From: Chloroflexota bacterium
GTDB lineage: Bacteria > Chloroflexota > Anaerolineae > Anaerolineales > Villigracilaceae
Assembly (NCBI GenBank): GCA_005778035.1
Contig: SXKT01000014.1
Coordinates: 9,285-73,284 of the forward strand
Length of the DNA stretch: 64,000 nt
Direction of reading: 5' to 3'
The notes under the pieces are model-generated. The model was not told the DNA's origin. It made no database searches and saw only the letters and a program-made list of their open reading frames with translations. This document shows, piece after piece, positions 35,775-45,063 of this stretch (positions within the stretch are counted from its first letter, which is position 1; every line of letters starts with the position of its first letter). A program made the position numbers and the translations under genes.

Positions 35775-36416
35775 GTGAGAAAAATTATTGGGATCAATAT
35801 TGGCAAGAAGGAAACGATCCAGGTGGGGAAACATATGGAAGCCACCGGGATCAGGAAAAAATCGATTACAAGGGCAATGATAGGCCGCCTGGGTGTTGCG
35901 GGCGACCATATAGAAAGCGAAAAACACCACGGCGGGCCAGACCAGGCTGTGTACGTGTATAGCCTGGATGATTACAAGAAATTTGAACAAGCTTGGGCGT
36001 TGAACATTTCACCCGGGATGTTTGGCGAGAACCTGACGGTTACCGGCCTTACCAGCAACGAACTCGCGATAGGCGACCGCTTGGTATTCAAAAACGTGGT
36101 GTTAGAGGTAACATCACCGCGCATTCCGTGCGCGACCTTTGCCGCCCACATGTTGGATGGAGCGTTTGTAGCCAAGTTTATTGAGATCGGACAGCCTGGT
36201 GTATATTGCCGGGTGTTGGCCGAAGGTGTTCTAGAAGAAGGCGAAAGTTTTAAACTGGAAGCTTGCCAAAATCCAGTCGTCACCATCCGGGAGCTGTTTG
36301 AAAACTACTACAATAAAGCGCCGATCGCTGCCGATTTGTTGAGAATGCTCCAGGCGCCGCTTGCGATACGTGCGCGAAAAGATGTAGAGAAAAAACTGGC
36401 CCGTTTGGCGGATTAA
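35775..36416 (+). CDS. MOSC domain protein (YiiM-like)
   Basis: GTG start 4 nt after GGAGGG. GENLTV..GD.L..G...LEVT.PR.PC pattern (MFGENLTVTGL..LVFKNVVLEVTSPRIPCATF). Confidence 0.8.
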   Translation: MRKIIGINIGKKETIQVGKHMEATGIRKKSITRAMIGRLGVAGDHIESEKHHGGPDQAVYVYSLDDYKKFEQAWALNISPGMFGENLTVTGLTSNELAIGDRLVFKNVVLEVTSPRIPCATFAAHMLDGAFVAKFIEIGQPGVYCRVLAEGVLEEGESFKLEACQNPVVTIRELFENYYNKAPIAADLLRMLQAPLAIRARKDVEKKLARLAD

Positions 36417-36455
36417 TTGTTAACTTATTTCTTATAGCGGCCGCTTTTCCTTTTT

Positions 36456-36464
36456 TGGTAGAAT
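36456..36464 (+). promoter_or_regulatory. Possible extended -10 promoter element for clpC
   Basis: TGgTAGAAT lies 49 nt upstream of the clpC ATG. No convincing -35 element. Confidence 0.3.
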
Positions 36465-36512
36465 CATCAATGAGGTTCCGGTTTTTCCCGGGATCAGGAG
36501 AATTAATTAATT

Positions 36513-39020
36513 ATGTCTGGAATGGAACGTTTTACACAACGAGCCAGAAAAGTTCTTAGCCTTGCCTACCTTGAAGCGGAGAAATTAAAACATTCATCCA
36601 TTGGCACTGAGCACTTGTTGCTTGGCTTGTTACTGGAGGATGGTGGGATCGCCGGCAGGGTACTGCGGGAACTTGGTATTGATCCAGAGCGTGTACGCGA
36701 GTTGGTCATCCGTAATAGCGCGGATCTTCGCATGGAAGCACCTGAAAAGTTGGAATTATCTGCCGAAACGCAGCAGGTTTTGGAGTATGCTGTGGAAGAA
36801 GCGCGTCGGTTGGGGAACCACTACATTGGGACCGAACACCTTTTGTTGGCGATCATTCGTCCAGAGAGTTCCGCCCTGGATATTTTGCGGCGATTAGGGT
36901 TAACACCCGACGAAGTACGCCGACAAACACGGGCATTACTGCAAGATTCAAGCCCGCGCTCAGAGCAAGGCTCGCCTGATGTTGTCGGCGGACCGTCCAA
37001 GGAAAACGCCAAAAAGGAAGACAAACCTGGCAAAACCCCCATGGTAGACCAGTTGGCCACCGACCTGACGGACAAAGCTGAGCAAGGCAGGCTGGACCCT
37101 GTGATCGGGCGCCAGATGGAGATCGAGCGCGTCATTCAGATCCTTGCCCGCCGTACCAAGAATAACCCCGCCCTTATCGGCGAACCAGGCGTTGGCAAGA
37201 CCGCCATCATTGAGGGATTGGCCCAGCGCATTATTGAAGGGGATGTACCCGCACCGCTGATGAACAAGCGGGTATTGCAACTGGATGTAGGTTCCTTGGT
37301 GGCTGGCACAATGTATAGGGGCCAGTTCGAAGAACGGTTGAAACGCGTTATCGACGAGCTCAAGGCTTCCGGGTCGATCTTGTTCATAGACGAGGTCCAC
37401 ATGTTGGTTGGCGCGGGTTCAGCCGGATCATCCGTGGACGCGGCCAATATTCTTAAGCCGGCCCTTTCGCGTGGCGAATTGCAAGTGATCGGCGCGACCA
37501 CCTTGGATGAATATCGCAAGCACATAGAAAGCGACGCCGCGTTAGAGCGACGTTTTCAGCCGGTTCAGGTGGATGAGCCAAGCGAGGAAGAAACGATCCA
37601 GATCTTGCGTGGAATTCGGCCGGCGTATGAAGAACACCATAAGTTAACCATTTCCGACGAGGCCATTGAGGCGGCAACCCAGCTGAGCGCCCGTTATGTC
37701 ACCGAACGCTTTTTACCCGACAAAGCAATCGATTTGATCGATGAGTCTTCATCGCGGGTGAGGATGTATAAATCCAGCGGCGCCAAAGAAGCCAAACAAC
37801 TGTATGGCCAGCTTAAGCAATTGCGACAAAGCCGTTCTTTGGCCGTGGAAGATGGCAACCTGGAAGAAGCAGAAACCTTGTTGCAAAAACTTCATGGTAT
37901 TGAAGATAAATTGGAAAAAATGCGCACCGGATGGGATCGAGCAAATAGCCCGGTAGTTAGTGCCGAAGATATTGCTGAAGTTGTATCGATGTGGACAGGT
38001 GTTCCATTGATGCAGATCGCCCAGGAAGAATCGCAGCGCCTGTTAAATATGGAACAGGAATTACGAACCGCGATCATTGGCCAGGATGAAGCCATTGAGT
38101 CCATTTCTCGCGCGGTGCGCCGAGCAAGGGCAGGGCTAAAAGATCCAAGGCGCCCAATAGGATCCTTCATCTTTTTGGGTCCCACTGGCGTTGGTAAAAC
38201 CGAATTGACCAAGGCGCTGGCCAAATTTATGTTTGGCAGCGAAGATGCCGCAATCCAATTGGATATGTCTGAATTTATGGAACGCCACCATGCAGCCCGT
38301 TTGGTGGGTGCCCCTCCCGGATATGTTGGTTATGAAGATGCAGGCCAATTGACCGAAGCCATCCGAAGGCGGCCATACTCAATTGTAGTATTTGATGAGG
38401 TTGAAAAAGCCCATCCTGAAGTCCATAATATGTTGCTGCAGATCATGGAAGAAGGCCACCTTTCGGACGCAAAAGGCCGCAAGGTTGACTTTAGAAACGC
38501 CATCATTGTGATGACCTCCAATGTTGGTGCCGATATGATCAAAAAACAGGCTTCGTTGGGTTTTGCCTTAAAGCACGATGAAAAAACTGAAGAACGGTTG
38601 GGCTACGAGGAAATGCGTAAAAAGCTGACCGATACGCTCAAACGCGCGTTTCGGCCGGAGTTCATCAACCGCCTTGATTCGGTGATCGTATTCCACTCGC
38701 TCAGCAAGGATGACATCAACAAGATCGTAACATTGGAGTTGGAAAAAGTTTCCTCACGTTTGAAGGACCATCAGATCACCCTGATGCCAACCGAAGCTGC
38801 ATTGCAATCTTTGGCTGAACAAGGTTTTGACCCTGATATGGGTGCCCGGCCATTGCGCCGAGTGATCCAGTTTACGGTGGAAGACCAATTATCAGATGGC
38901 TTGTTATCTGGTACTTTTTCAGACGGGGATACTATTCAGGTAGACCTTGATGAGGATGGCAAGATCGTGATGAAGAAAATGGATGAAACACACAGGCAGC
39001 CTGAATTTTTGAAAGAATAA
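36513..39020 (+). CDS. clpC: ATP-dependent Clp protease ATP-binding subunit ClpC
   Basis: 835 aa. Two Clp_N repeats. AAA+ Walker A motifs GEPGVGKT and GPTGVGKT, with a UVR-like linker between the modules. Confidence 0.93.
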   Translation: MSGMERFTQRARKVLSLAYLEAEKLKHSSIGTEHLLLGLLLEDGGIAGRVLRELGIDPERVRELVIRNSADLRMEAPEKLELSAETQQVLEYAVEEARRLGNHYIGTEHLLLAIIRPESSALDILRRLGLTPDEVRRQTRALLQDSSPRSEQGSPDVVGGPSKENAKKEDKPGKTPMVDQLATDLTDKAEQGRLDPVIGRQMEIERVIQILARRTKNNPALIGEPGVGKTAIIEGLAQRIIEGDVPAPLMNKRVLQLDVGSLVAGTMYRGQFEERLKRVIDELKASGSILFIDEVHMLVGAGSAGSSVDAANILKPALSRGELQVIGATTLDEYRKHIESDAALERRFQPVQVDEPSEEETIQILRGIRPAYEEHHKLTISDEAIEAATQLSARYVTERFLPDKAIDLIDESSSRVRMYKSSGAKEAKQLYGQLKQLRQSRSLAVEDGNLEEAETLLQKLHGIEDKLEKMRTGWDRANSPVVSAEDIAEVVSMWTGVPLMQIAQEESQRLLNMEQELRTAIIGQDEAIESISRAVRRARAGLKDPRRPIGSFIFLGPTGVGKTELTKALAKFMFGSEDAAIQLDMSEFMERHHAARLVGAPPGYVGYEDAGQLTEAIRRRPYSIVVFDEVEKAHPEVHNMLLQIMEEGHLSDAKGRKVDFRNAIIVMTSNVGADMIKKQASLGFALKHDEKTEERLGYEEMRKKLTDTLKRAFRPEFINRLDSVIVFHSLSKDDINKIVTLELEKVSSRLKDHQITLMPTEAALQSLAEQGFDPDMGARPLRRVIQFTVEDQLSDGLLSGTFSDGDTIQVDLDEDGKIVMKKMDETHRQPEFLKE

Positions 39021-39025
39021 GTAAA

Positions 39026-39056
39026 AAGAACTGCCGGCAAGGCAGTTCTTTTTTTT
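39026..39056 (+). terminator. Rho-independent terminator of clpC
   Basis: aagaactgcc-ggcaa-ggcagttctt. 10-bp stem followed by a T-run (tttttttt). Confidence 0.85.
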
Positions 39057-39067
39057 GAGAGGACCTT

Positions 39068-39601
39068 ATGGAATTAGAATTTGCAACTTTGGCAGGCGGA
39101 TGTTTTTGGTGCCTGGAGGCTGTATTCAACCAGGTGCGGGGTGTTCACAAGGTTGTTTCGGGGTATACCGGTGGCCATGTGCCCAACCCTACTTATCAAC
39201 AAGTCTGTTCAGAAAGTACTGGTCATGCAGAAGCGATTCAGATCACCTACGATCCAGCCGTCATTGATTACAATGGCATATTAAGCGTCTTTTTTGGCAT
39301 CCACGACCCAACCACCAAGGATCGGCAAGGCAATGATATTGGGCACTCCTATCGTTCGGCAATTTTTGCGCATTCGCAAGGCCAGTTTTCGCAAGCCAAA
39401 GCAAAGATAGAAGAATTGGAGGGCCAAAATTCTTGGCCCAACCCAATTGTGACCGAAGTAAACAGATTGACTGATTTCTACCCTGCCGAGGATTATCATC
39501 ATGATTATTACGTCAGAAATCCGGCCAATCCGTATTGCCAGGTGGTCATTTCTCCCAAAGTTCAAAAATTCATGCGCCATTTTCCTGCTCTGTTAAAATG
39601 A
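39068..39601 (+). CDS. msrA: Peptide-methionine (S)-S-oxide reductase
   Basis: Active-site GGCFWC near the N-terminus. 177 aa. Confidence 0.92.
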   Translation: MELEFATLAGGCFWCLEAVFNQVRGVHKVVSGYTGGHVPNPTYQQVCSESTGHAEAIQITYDPAVIDYNGILSVFFGIHDPTTKDRQGNDIGHSYRSAIFAHSQGQFSQAKAKIEELEGQNSWPNPIVTEVNRLTDFYPAEDYHHDYYVRNPANPYCQVVISPKVQKFMRHFPALLK

Positions 39602-40633
39602 GTGACGATGGAATTACCTAATTCGCTCATCCCAAACGGCCCTCCTGTGGCGAACCGTCCAGTCAATTTTCAGGTCCGCGATATCCCAGTTTATGGAGAT
39701 GCCATCCTTGCGCCTATGGATGGTTTTTCGGATTGGCCTTTCAGATCTTTGTGCAACCGTTTGGGTAGTGCCATGAGTTACACTGAATTTGTTCGGGCTG
39801 AAAACATAATAATGGCCTATAAACAAATGTGGCCGCGTTTGCGGTTTGATGAGGCTGAACGCCCGATGGTCTTTCAAATTTATGGCGATGACCCTGATGA
39901 GATCGTAAAGGCTGCCATGATGGTTCAGGATAAAAAACCAGACATTGTTGATATCAATATGGGTTGCCCGTCAAAAAAGGTTGCCCATGGTGGCGCAGGT
40001 GTGGGGCTAATGCTTACACCGCTAAAGATCGCTAGGATCTTTAGCCGGCTATCCAAACAATTGCCTGTGCCTGTTACCGGCAAAATTCGGCTGGGTTGGG
40101 AAAATTGCAAATCCTACAAACTGATAGCCCGCATTGTTGAAGAAAATGGCGGTTCACTGATCGCCATCCATGGACGTACAAAAGAACAAGGCTACGGAGG
40201 TGAGGCGGATTGGGACGCGATCGCCGAAATTCGGCAAGCCGTAAAGATACCCGTGGTCGGAAATGGTGACGTCCGTTCTGTTGCCGATATTCAGCGGCTG
40301 AAAAGTTATACGGGTTGCAACGCGGTTATGATCGGACGCGCGGCCATAGGCAACCCGTGGATCTTTGCGGGTTTGGACAGGCACGAAGTGACCAATGATA
40401 TGGCATTGGCAATGGTTACCGAACACTTGCAACGCCATCTGGATTTTTACGGGGATTCCAAGGGAATGTTATTGTTTAGAAAACACGCGATGCAATATCT
40501 AAAATTGCATTGGTTCCCGAGGGATACCAGAATTCGGGTCATCACTGAGACCAACCCGGTTGTATTCCTTGGGTTGATACAGGATATCTTTGCCCAATAC
40601 CCGGCTGGGTTACCGGTCGCTACGTCGGTTTAA
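39602..40633 (+). CDS. tRNA dihydrouridine synthase
   Basis: Dus TIM-barrel pattern (DINMGCP..K....GGAG..; IAIHGRT). GTG 39602 or ATG 39608 as start. Confidence 0.85.
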   Translation: MTMELPNSLIPNGPPVANRPVNFQVRDIPVYGDAILAPMDGFSDWPFRSLCNRLGSAMSYTEFVRAENIIMAYKQMWPRLRFDEAERPMVFQIYGDDPDEIVKAAMMVQDKKPDIVDINMGCPSKKVAHGGAGVGLMLTPLKIARIFSRLSKQLPVPVTGKIRLGWENCKSYKLIARIVEENGGSLIAIHGRTKEQGYGGEADWDAIAEIRQAVKIPVVGNGDVRSVADIQRLKSYTGCNAVMIGRAAIGNPWIFAGLDRHEVTNDMALAMVTEHLQRHLDFYGDSKGMLLFRKHAMQYLKLHWFPRDTRIRVITETNPVVFLGLIQDIFAQYPAGLPVATSV

Positions 40634-40693
40634 AGAATTTAGCCACCGCGTAAAAACGCGGTAATCACTTTGCGGTAGCTAAACTCTTGTTGT

Positions 40694-40921
40694 TTAATCC
40701 ACTTCGGAAGTGTACGGGTTGCTCAATTCAGCCAAGCGGTCTTCAAGCGCTTTTCTGCGTTGGGCTACCGCGGCGCGAATCTCGCCAACGAATCCGGATG
40801 AGCCATCGCGGAGTTTGCCACGCAAATTCTCACCTGACTCGGGCGCAAATAGAATAGCTATCAGCGCGCCTGCCATGCCACCAACAATGATGCCAAGTAT
40901 AAAATTAAAAAACTTCTTCAT
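40694..40921 (-). CDS. YtxH domain protein
   Basis: Start at ATG 40921 after GGAGGAAATA. MKKFFNFILGIIVGGMAGALIAILFAPESGENLR is the typical YtxH N-terminus. Confidence 0.75.
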   Translation of the reverse strand: MKKFFNFILGIIVGGMAGALIAILFAPESGENLRGKLRDGSSGFVGEIRAAVAQRRKALEDRLAELSNPYTSEVD

Positions 40922-41054
40922 ATTTCCTCCGCCATAGTTGTGATTATTTAAATTATACAATTAGGCTGGCGTTCCAAGGTGTTTAATCCCAATTTAATTA
41001 CCTTCGTGTATCATTCACTTGTTAGGACTCTACCACTCGGAGGGTACCCATTGC

Positions 41055-41915
41055 ATGGAAAACTCACAATATCGAAAAAAAGTCACAGCTAATGGTTTGG
41101 CCGAAAAAAAACTTGCCGGCCAAAAGATCACCATGCTCACAGCGTACGACCATCCAACCGCAAAACTGTTGGATGACGTTGGTGTGGATGTGATCTTGGT
41201 TGGTGATTCGCTTGGGATGGTGGTTCTTGGGTACGAAAGCACATTGCCGGTAACCATGCAAGATATGCTGCACCATTGCAAGGCAGTCTCGCGTGGGGCA
41301 AGGAACAGTTTGTTGGTTGGGGATATGCCCTTTCTCTCTTACCAGGTCTCCATACCAGAGGCAGTGCAGAATGCTGGCAGGTTGATGGCAGAAGGTGGCA
41401 TGGGCGCGGTCAAATTGGAAGGCGGGCGGGAACGGCTCGAAACGATCAAGGCGATCGTTGCGGCAGGGATACCGGTGATGGGCCACATTGGGCTCACCCC
41501 GCAATCAGTGCATAAGTTTGGCGGTTATAAACCGCGCGGAAAGTCAGCCACTGAAGCAGCCAGGATCGTGGAAGATGCCCTTTTGTTGCAGGAAGGGGGC
41601 TGTTTTGCCTTGGTATTGGAATCGATTCCCACAGAAGTGGCGGAGTTAATTAGCCACCGTTTGGACATCCCTGTGATCGGCATTGGGGCGGGCTTATCTT
41701 GTGATGGCCAAGTTTTAGTGATCCATGATGCGCTGGGCTTAACGGACACATATCAGCCCAAATTCACAAAGCGTTTTGTCGATTCATCAGCCCTGCTTCG
41801 TCAAGGGGTTCGTAATTACCTGGACGATGTACAAAATGGGCTTTTTCCATCTGAAAACCATACTGTGCATATGAACCCGGCAGAATTTGATGAGTTTAGG
41901 AAAATGGTCGGGTGA
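41055..41915 (+). CDS. panB: 3-methyl-2-oxobutanoate hydroxymethyltransferase
   Basis: ..KITMLTAYD..VILVGDSLGMV..VKLEGG.. hallmark PanB segments. Start at ATG 41055. Confidence 0.92.
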   Translation: MENSQYRKKVTANGLAEKKLAGQKITMLTAYDHPTAKLLDDVGVDVILVGDSLGMVVLGYESTLPVTMQDMLHHCKAVSRGARNSLLVGDMPFLSYQVSIPEAVQNAGRLMAEGGMGAVKLEGGRERLETIKAIVAAGIPVMGHIGLTPQSVHKFGGYKPRGKSATEAARIVEDALLLQEGGCFALVLESIPTEVAELISHRLDIPVIGIGAGLSCDGQVLVIHDALGLTDTYQPKFTKRFVDSSALLRQGVRNYLDDVQNGLFPSENHTVHMNPAEFDEFRKMVG

Positions 41916-42844
41916 AAAATTTTCAGGCAGGCGGTGAGATCCTGATCGTTGGAAGTGGATCTATGGCGTGCTTGTTCGCATATAAATTGGCTATGGCTGG
42001 CAGCCATATTAGCATGTATGGGGCGTGGAGAGAGGGAATTGATGCTTTACAAAAACGCGGGGTGACTTTGGTGGCTGGTGACGGAACCGCGCAGAGCATC
42101 CCGCTTGTTCGAGCCACCGGCAACCCGACTCAACTTGGACGTTATGACCTGGTTCTCTTTCTAAACAAAACCTACCAATTGAAAGAATCACTGGATGCGC
42201 TCGGCCATTGGTGGAACCGGAATAAATACCCTGGCACAGTATTTGTTACTTTGCAAAATGGCTTGGGGAATTGCGAAAGGATCTTAGAAAGATTTGGTGC
42301 CAACCAATGTTTTGCCGGCACAACCACCTACGCAGCCAGTTTGGTAAAACCTGGCTGCGTAAAACAAACCGGAGATGGCCTGGTAGACTTGCCAAAGGCA
42401 CTAATGGCAGTACCGGCCAACCAATGGTTGAAAACCGCTGGCTTTAATACTGTGGGGCATATTGAGATAAAGGAACTACTTTGGCGAAAGTTGGTCATCA
42501 ATAGCGTGATCAATCCGCTTACCGCGATCTATCGCATTCCCAATGGGGAGTTACTTCATTCGCAAGGTATCCGCGAATTGATAATCAAGGTGGTGGACGA
42601 GGTTATCCTCGTAGCCCAATCTGATGGAATCTGCCTGGACCGGGATGAAATGTTAAATGCCGTAGAAAAGGTTTGCAATCAAACCGCTCAAAATATTTCC
42701 TCAATGCGCAAGGATTTGGAAAGAGGTAACAGAACGGAGATCGAGGCTATCAATGGTGCGGTGGTAACAAAAGCTCAATTGGCAGGAATACCAGTACCCG
42801 TGAACCAATGGTTGCTGACACAAATTAAAGAAAAAGCGGGCTAA
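41912..42844 (+). CDS. panE: 2-dehydropantoate 2-reductase
   Basis: GTGA overlap with panB. Rossmann N-terminus ILIVGSGSMACLFA. SSMRKDLERG (cf. SSM.QD) C-terminal domain motif. Confidence 0.85.
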   Translation: MKNFQAGGEILIVGSGSMACLFAYKLAMAGSHISMYGAWREGIDALQKRGVTLVAGDGTAQSIPLVRATGNPTQLGRYDLVLFLNKTYQLKESLDALGHWWNRNKYPGTVFVTLQNGLGNCERILERFGANQCFAGTTTYAASLVKPGCVKQTGDGLVDLPKALMAVPANQWLKTAGFNTVGHIEIKELLWRKLVINSVINPLTAIYRIPNGELLHSQGIRELIIKVVDEVILVAQSDGICLDRDEMLNAVEKVCNQTAQNISSMRKDLERGNRTEIEAINGAVVTKAQLAGIPVPVNQWLLTQIKEKAG

Positions 42845-42869
42845 ACCAATATGGGTTAGCCCGCTTTTT
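42835..42869. terminator. Bidirectional rho-independent terminator (panE / gdh)
   Basis: agcgggctaa-accaatatggg-ttagcccgct. 10-bp stem with an A-run upstream and a T-run downstream. Confidence 0.8.
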
Positions 42870-42888
42870 CTGATTTACCGGGTTGCTG

Positions 42889-44175
42889 TTAGCTCCAACC
42901 CCGCAATTGCATTGCCTTTACGACTCGGTCGATAGCGACCATATAGGCGGCGTCGCGCATATAAACGCCTTCTTTTTGGCTCATATCCAAAACAGCATGG
43001 AAGGCACTGGTCATTTTGGTGTCAAGGCGCTCCAAAACTTCCTTCTTTGTCCAATAGTAGTTCATATCGTTTTGAACGGATTCGAAGTAGGAAGTGGTAA
43101 CGCCACCGGCGTTGCATAAGAAATCCGGAATGTCGAAGATACCGTTTTTCTTGAAGTATTCATCGGCTTCTGGTGTACAAGGGCCGTTCGCGCCTTCGGC
43201 GACGATCTTGACTCTGGAAGAGATCTTTTGGACCGTGTCCGCGTTGACGTGGCCTTCAATGGCGGCTGGGATCAGAACATCGCATTCCTTCTCGATCCAT
43301 TTCTCACCATCTTCGATCACATAGCCAGCGTCTTTGGCTTTCTTCTGGTCAATTGTGCCATATTGGTCGGTGATGGTAAGCAAGAAACGTGGGTCGATAC
43401 CATCTTTATGGCTGTAAGTGTAACTGGTTTTGTCGTTGCGGTCCCAACAAGAAACACAAGCTACTTTTCCGCCCAGCATTTCAATGAAACCGATGGCAGC
43501 GTATTGAGCGACATTGCCAAAACCTTCGATAGCGGCAACACACTTGGTTGGGTCCAGCTTGAGGTGGGCCATGGCTTCGCGGACGGTGTAGATCACACCA
43601 TAACCGGTGGCCTCGGTGCGGCCTTCGGAACCACCACCACCGAGTGGCTTGCCAGTGAATACGCCTGGGGTGTATTCACCAACCAGCTTGGAGTATTCGT
43701 CCATCATCCAACCCATCATTTGGGGGGTAGTGCCAACATCTGGGGCGGGCACATCTTGCCTGGGACCAATATTCTTCCACATATTTTGTACCCAACCACG
43801 GCACAAGCGTTCTTTTTCAGGGGTGGTAAGCGAGGAGGGATCAACAATAATGCCACCTTTACCACCACCCAATGGGATGTCGGCAACGGCACATTTCCAA
43901 GTCATCCAGGTAGCCAAAGCCCTTACTGTGTCAAAGGTCTCGTTGGGGTGGAACCGAATACCACCTTTGTTTGGGCCACGTGAGTCGTTATGCTGCACAC
44001 GATAGCCTTGGAAAACTCGGATGGTCCCATCGTCCATGCGAATGGGGATACGAAAACTATATTCACGCATCGGCCATCGCAGGATCTCAGCGATCTGCGG
44101 GTCGAGATTGAGCAGTTTTGCTACACCATCGAACTGTTTTTGTGCCATTTCGAACGCGTTTATTTGTCCTGCCAT
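42889..44175 (-). CDS. gdh: Glutamate dehydrogenase (Glu/Leu/Phe/Val dehydrogenase family)
   Basis: 428 aa. Catalytic Lys context PLGGGKGGI. C-terminal Rossmann GFGNVAQYAA. Confidence 0.9.
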   Translation of the reverse strand: MAGQINAFEMAQKQFDGVAKLLNLDPQIAEILRWPMREYSFRIPIRMDDGTIRVFQGYRVQHNDSRGPNKGGIRFHPNETFDTVRALATWMTWKCAVADIPLGGGKGGIIVDPSSLTTPEKERLCRGWVQNMWKNIGPRQDVPAPDVGTTPQMMGWMMDEYSKLVGEYTPGVFTGKPLGGGGSEGRTEATGYGVIYTVREAMAHLKLDPTKCVAAIEGFGNVAQYAAIGFIEMLGGKVACVSCWDRNDKTSYTYSHKDGIDPRFLLTITDQYGTIDQKKAKDAGYVIEDGEKWIEKECDVLIPAAIEGHVNADTVQKISSRVKIVAEGANGPCTPEADEYFKKNGIFDIPDFLCNAGGVTTSYFESVQNDMNYYWTKKEVLERLDTKMTSAFHAVLDMSQKEGVYMRDAAYMVAIDRVVKAMQLRGWS

Positions 44176-44199
44176 ACTATCTCCTATTCCAGTTAATTT

Positions 44200-44232
44200 A
44201 TAAGCGGGCTACCGGAACTGGAGCCCGCTTAT
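44200..44232 (-). other. Stem-loop in the gdh 5' leader
   Basis: ataagcgggct-(11 nt)-agcccgcttat. 11-bp perfect stem, 25-57 nt upstream of the gdh ATG, with no T-run. It shares the AAGCGGGCT/AGCCCGCTT core with the gdh 3' terminator. Confidence 0.6.
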
Positions 44233-44362
44233 CGAAAGATGAATTGCATGCACGTGATTCATGGATGAGCCTCTTTTTGGACGCGCACGTTAAGGATACA
44301 AAAAGTGATGTCCAAAGTCAATATGACTCTCATCACTTGTGAGTAGGTAATTTGTCAGACAT

Positions 44363-45031
44363 TTGGGTGATGTTGAAGGTTACCATTATGTTAAAATTAA
44401 TCCCGTGGATATTATAACTTCTTCCTTTGATTCGAAAGCAGGCACCTGGGATGACGATCCTCAAAAAATTTTGAGGGCAAAAAAGGTCGCCAACTTGATC
44501 AGGCCGTTACTTCCAAAAGGGGATGTCTTAAAGGGGATGGAATATGGTTGTGGAACTGGTCTGTTAAGTTTTGAACTGGCAAATGATATTGGTAGCGTTT
44601 GCTTGGCTGATACCTCCGTGGGGATGTTGGACGTGCTGCAAGAGAAGATCAGCGCGACTGGTATAAGCAATTTTTCGGCTGTGCTTTTAGACTTAACCAA
44701 TACTTTGGGTGAGTCTTCCCGTCAATTGGATGTGATCTATTCGCTAATGACCTTGCATCACATTGCAGACACCGCTGCCATATTGGGGCAATTCTTTTAT
44801 CACCTTCGCCCGGGTGGAAAGCTTTTATTGGCGGACCTTGATCAAGAGGATGGGAGCTTCCATCCTGAAGGCACAACCGGGATCCATAATGGTTTTGAGC
44901 GTGGGGAATTGACCCGAGCCGCGAAATCGGCAGGATTTGACGCGATCAATTTTTATGACGCTTTTGTGATTGCAAAAAACAATAGAAATTACCCTGTTTT
45001 TCTGTTTGAAGCGACGAAAGTAGTGCAATAG
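44363..45031 (+). CDS. Class I SAM-dependent methyltransferase
   Basis: Motif I MEYGCGTGLLS. The start is uncertain: there is no in-frame ATG before motif I, so TTG 44363 or GTG 44405. Confidence 0.7.
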   Translation: MGDVEGYHYVKINPVDIITSSFDSKAGTWDDDPQKILRAKKVANLIRPLLPKGDVLKGMEYGCGTGLLSFELANDIGSVCLADTSVGMLDVLQEKISATGISNFSAVLLDLTNTLGESSRQLDVIYSLMTLHHIADTAAILGQFFYHLRPGGKLLLADLDQEDGSFHPEGTTGIHNGFERGELTRAAKSAGFDAINFYDAFVIAKNNRNYPVFLFEATKVVQ

Positions 45032-45063
45032 TAGCCATTTTTGAACCACTTGGAAAGGAAAAT

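Noticed and set aside
36436-36445. The palindrome AGCGGCCGCT (a NotI site) followed by a T-rich tract after the MOSC gene, as a terminator.
   Set aside because: A 10-nt perfect palindrome leaves no loop, and only a 3-bp stem is feasible. The evidence for an intrinsic terminator is insufficient.
40645-40662. The hairpin accgcg-taaaaa-cgcggt between the convergent dus and ytxH genes, as a terminator.
   Set aside because: It has only a 6-bp stem and no T-run on either strand, so it is too weak to call.
43228-43983. Long antisense ORFs: 251 aa opposite gdh, and similarly 11490-12086 opposite metH, 22033-22716 opposite the LysM gene, 45892-46401 opposite lpd, and 57004-57501 and 57790-58278 opposite the cytochrome and zinc-ribbon genes.
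   Set aside because: They have no motifs and low-complexity or odd composition. Each lies fully inside a confidently assigned gene on the other strand. Such open antisense frames are typical of moderately GC-rich coding DNA.
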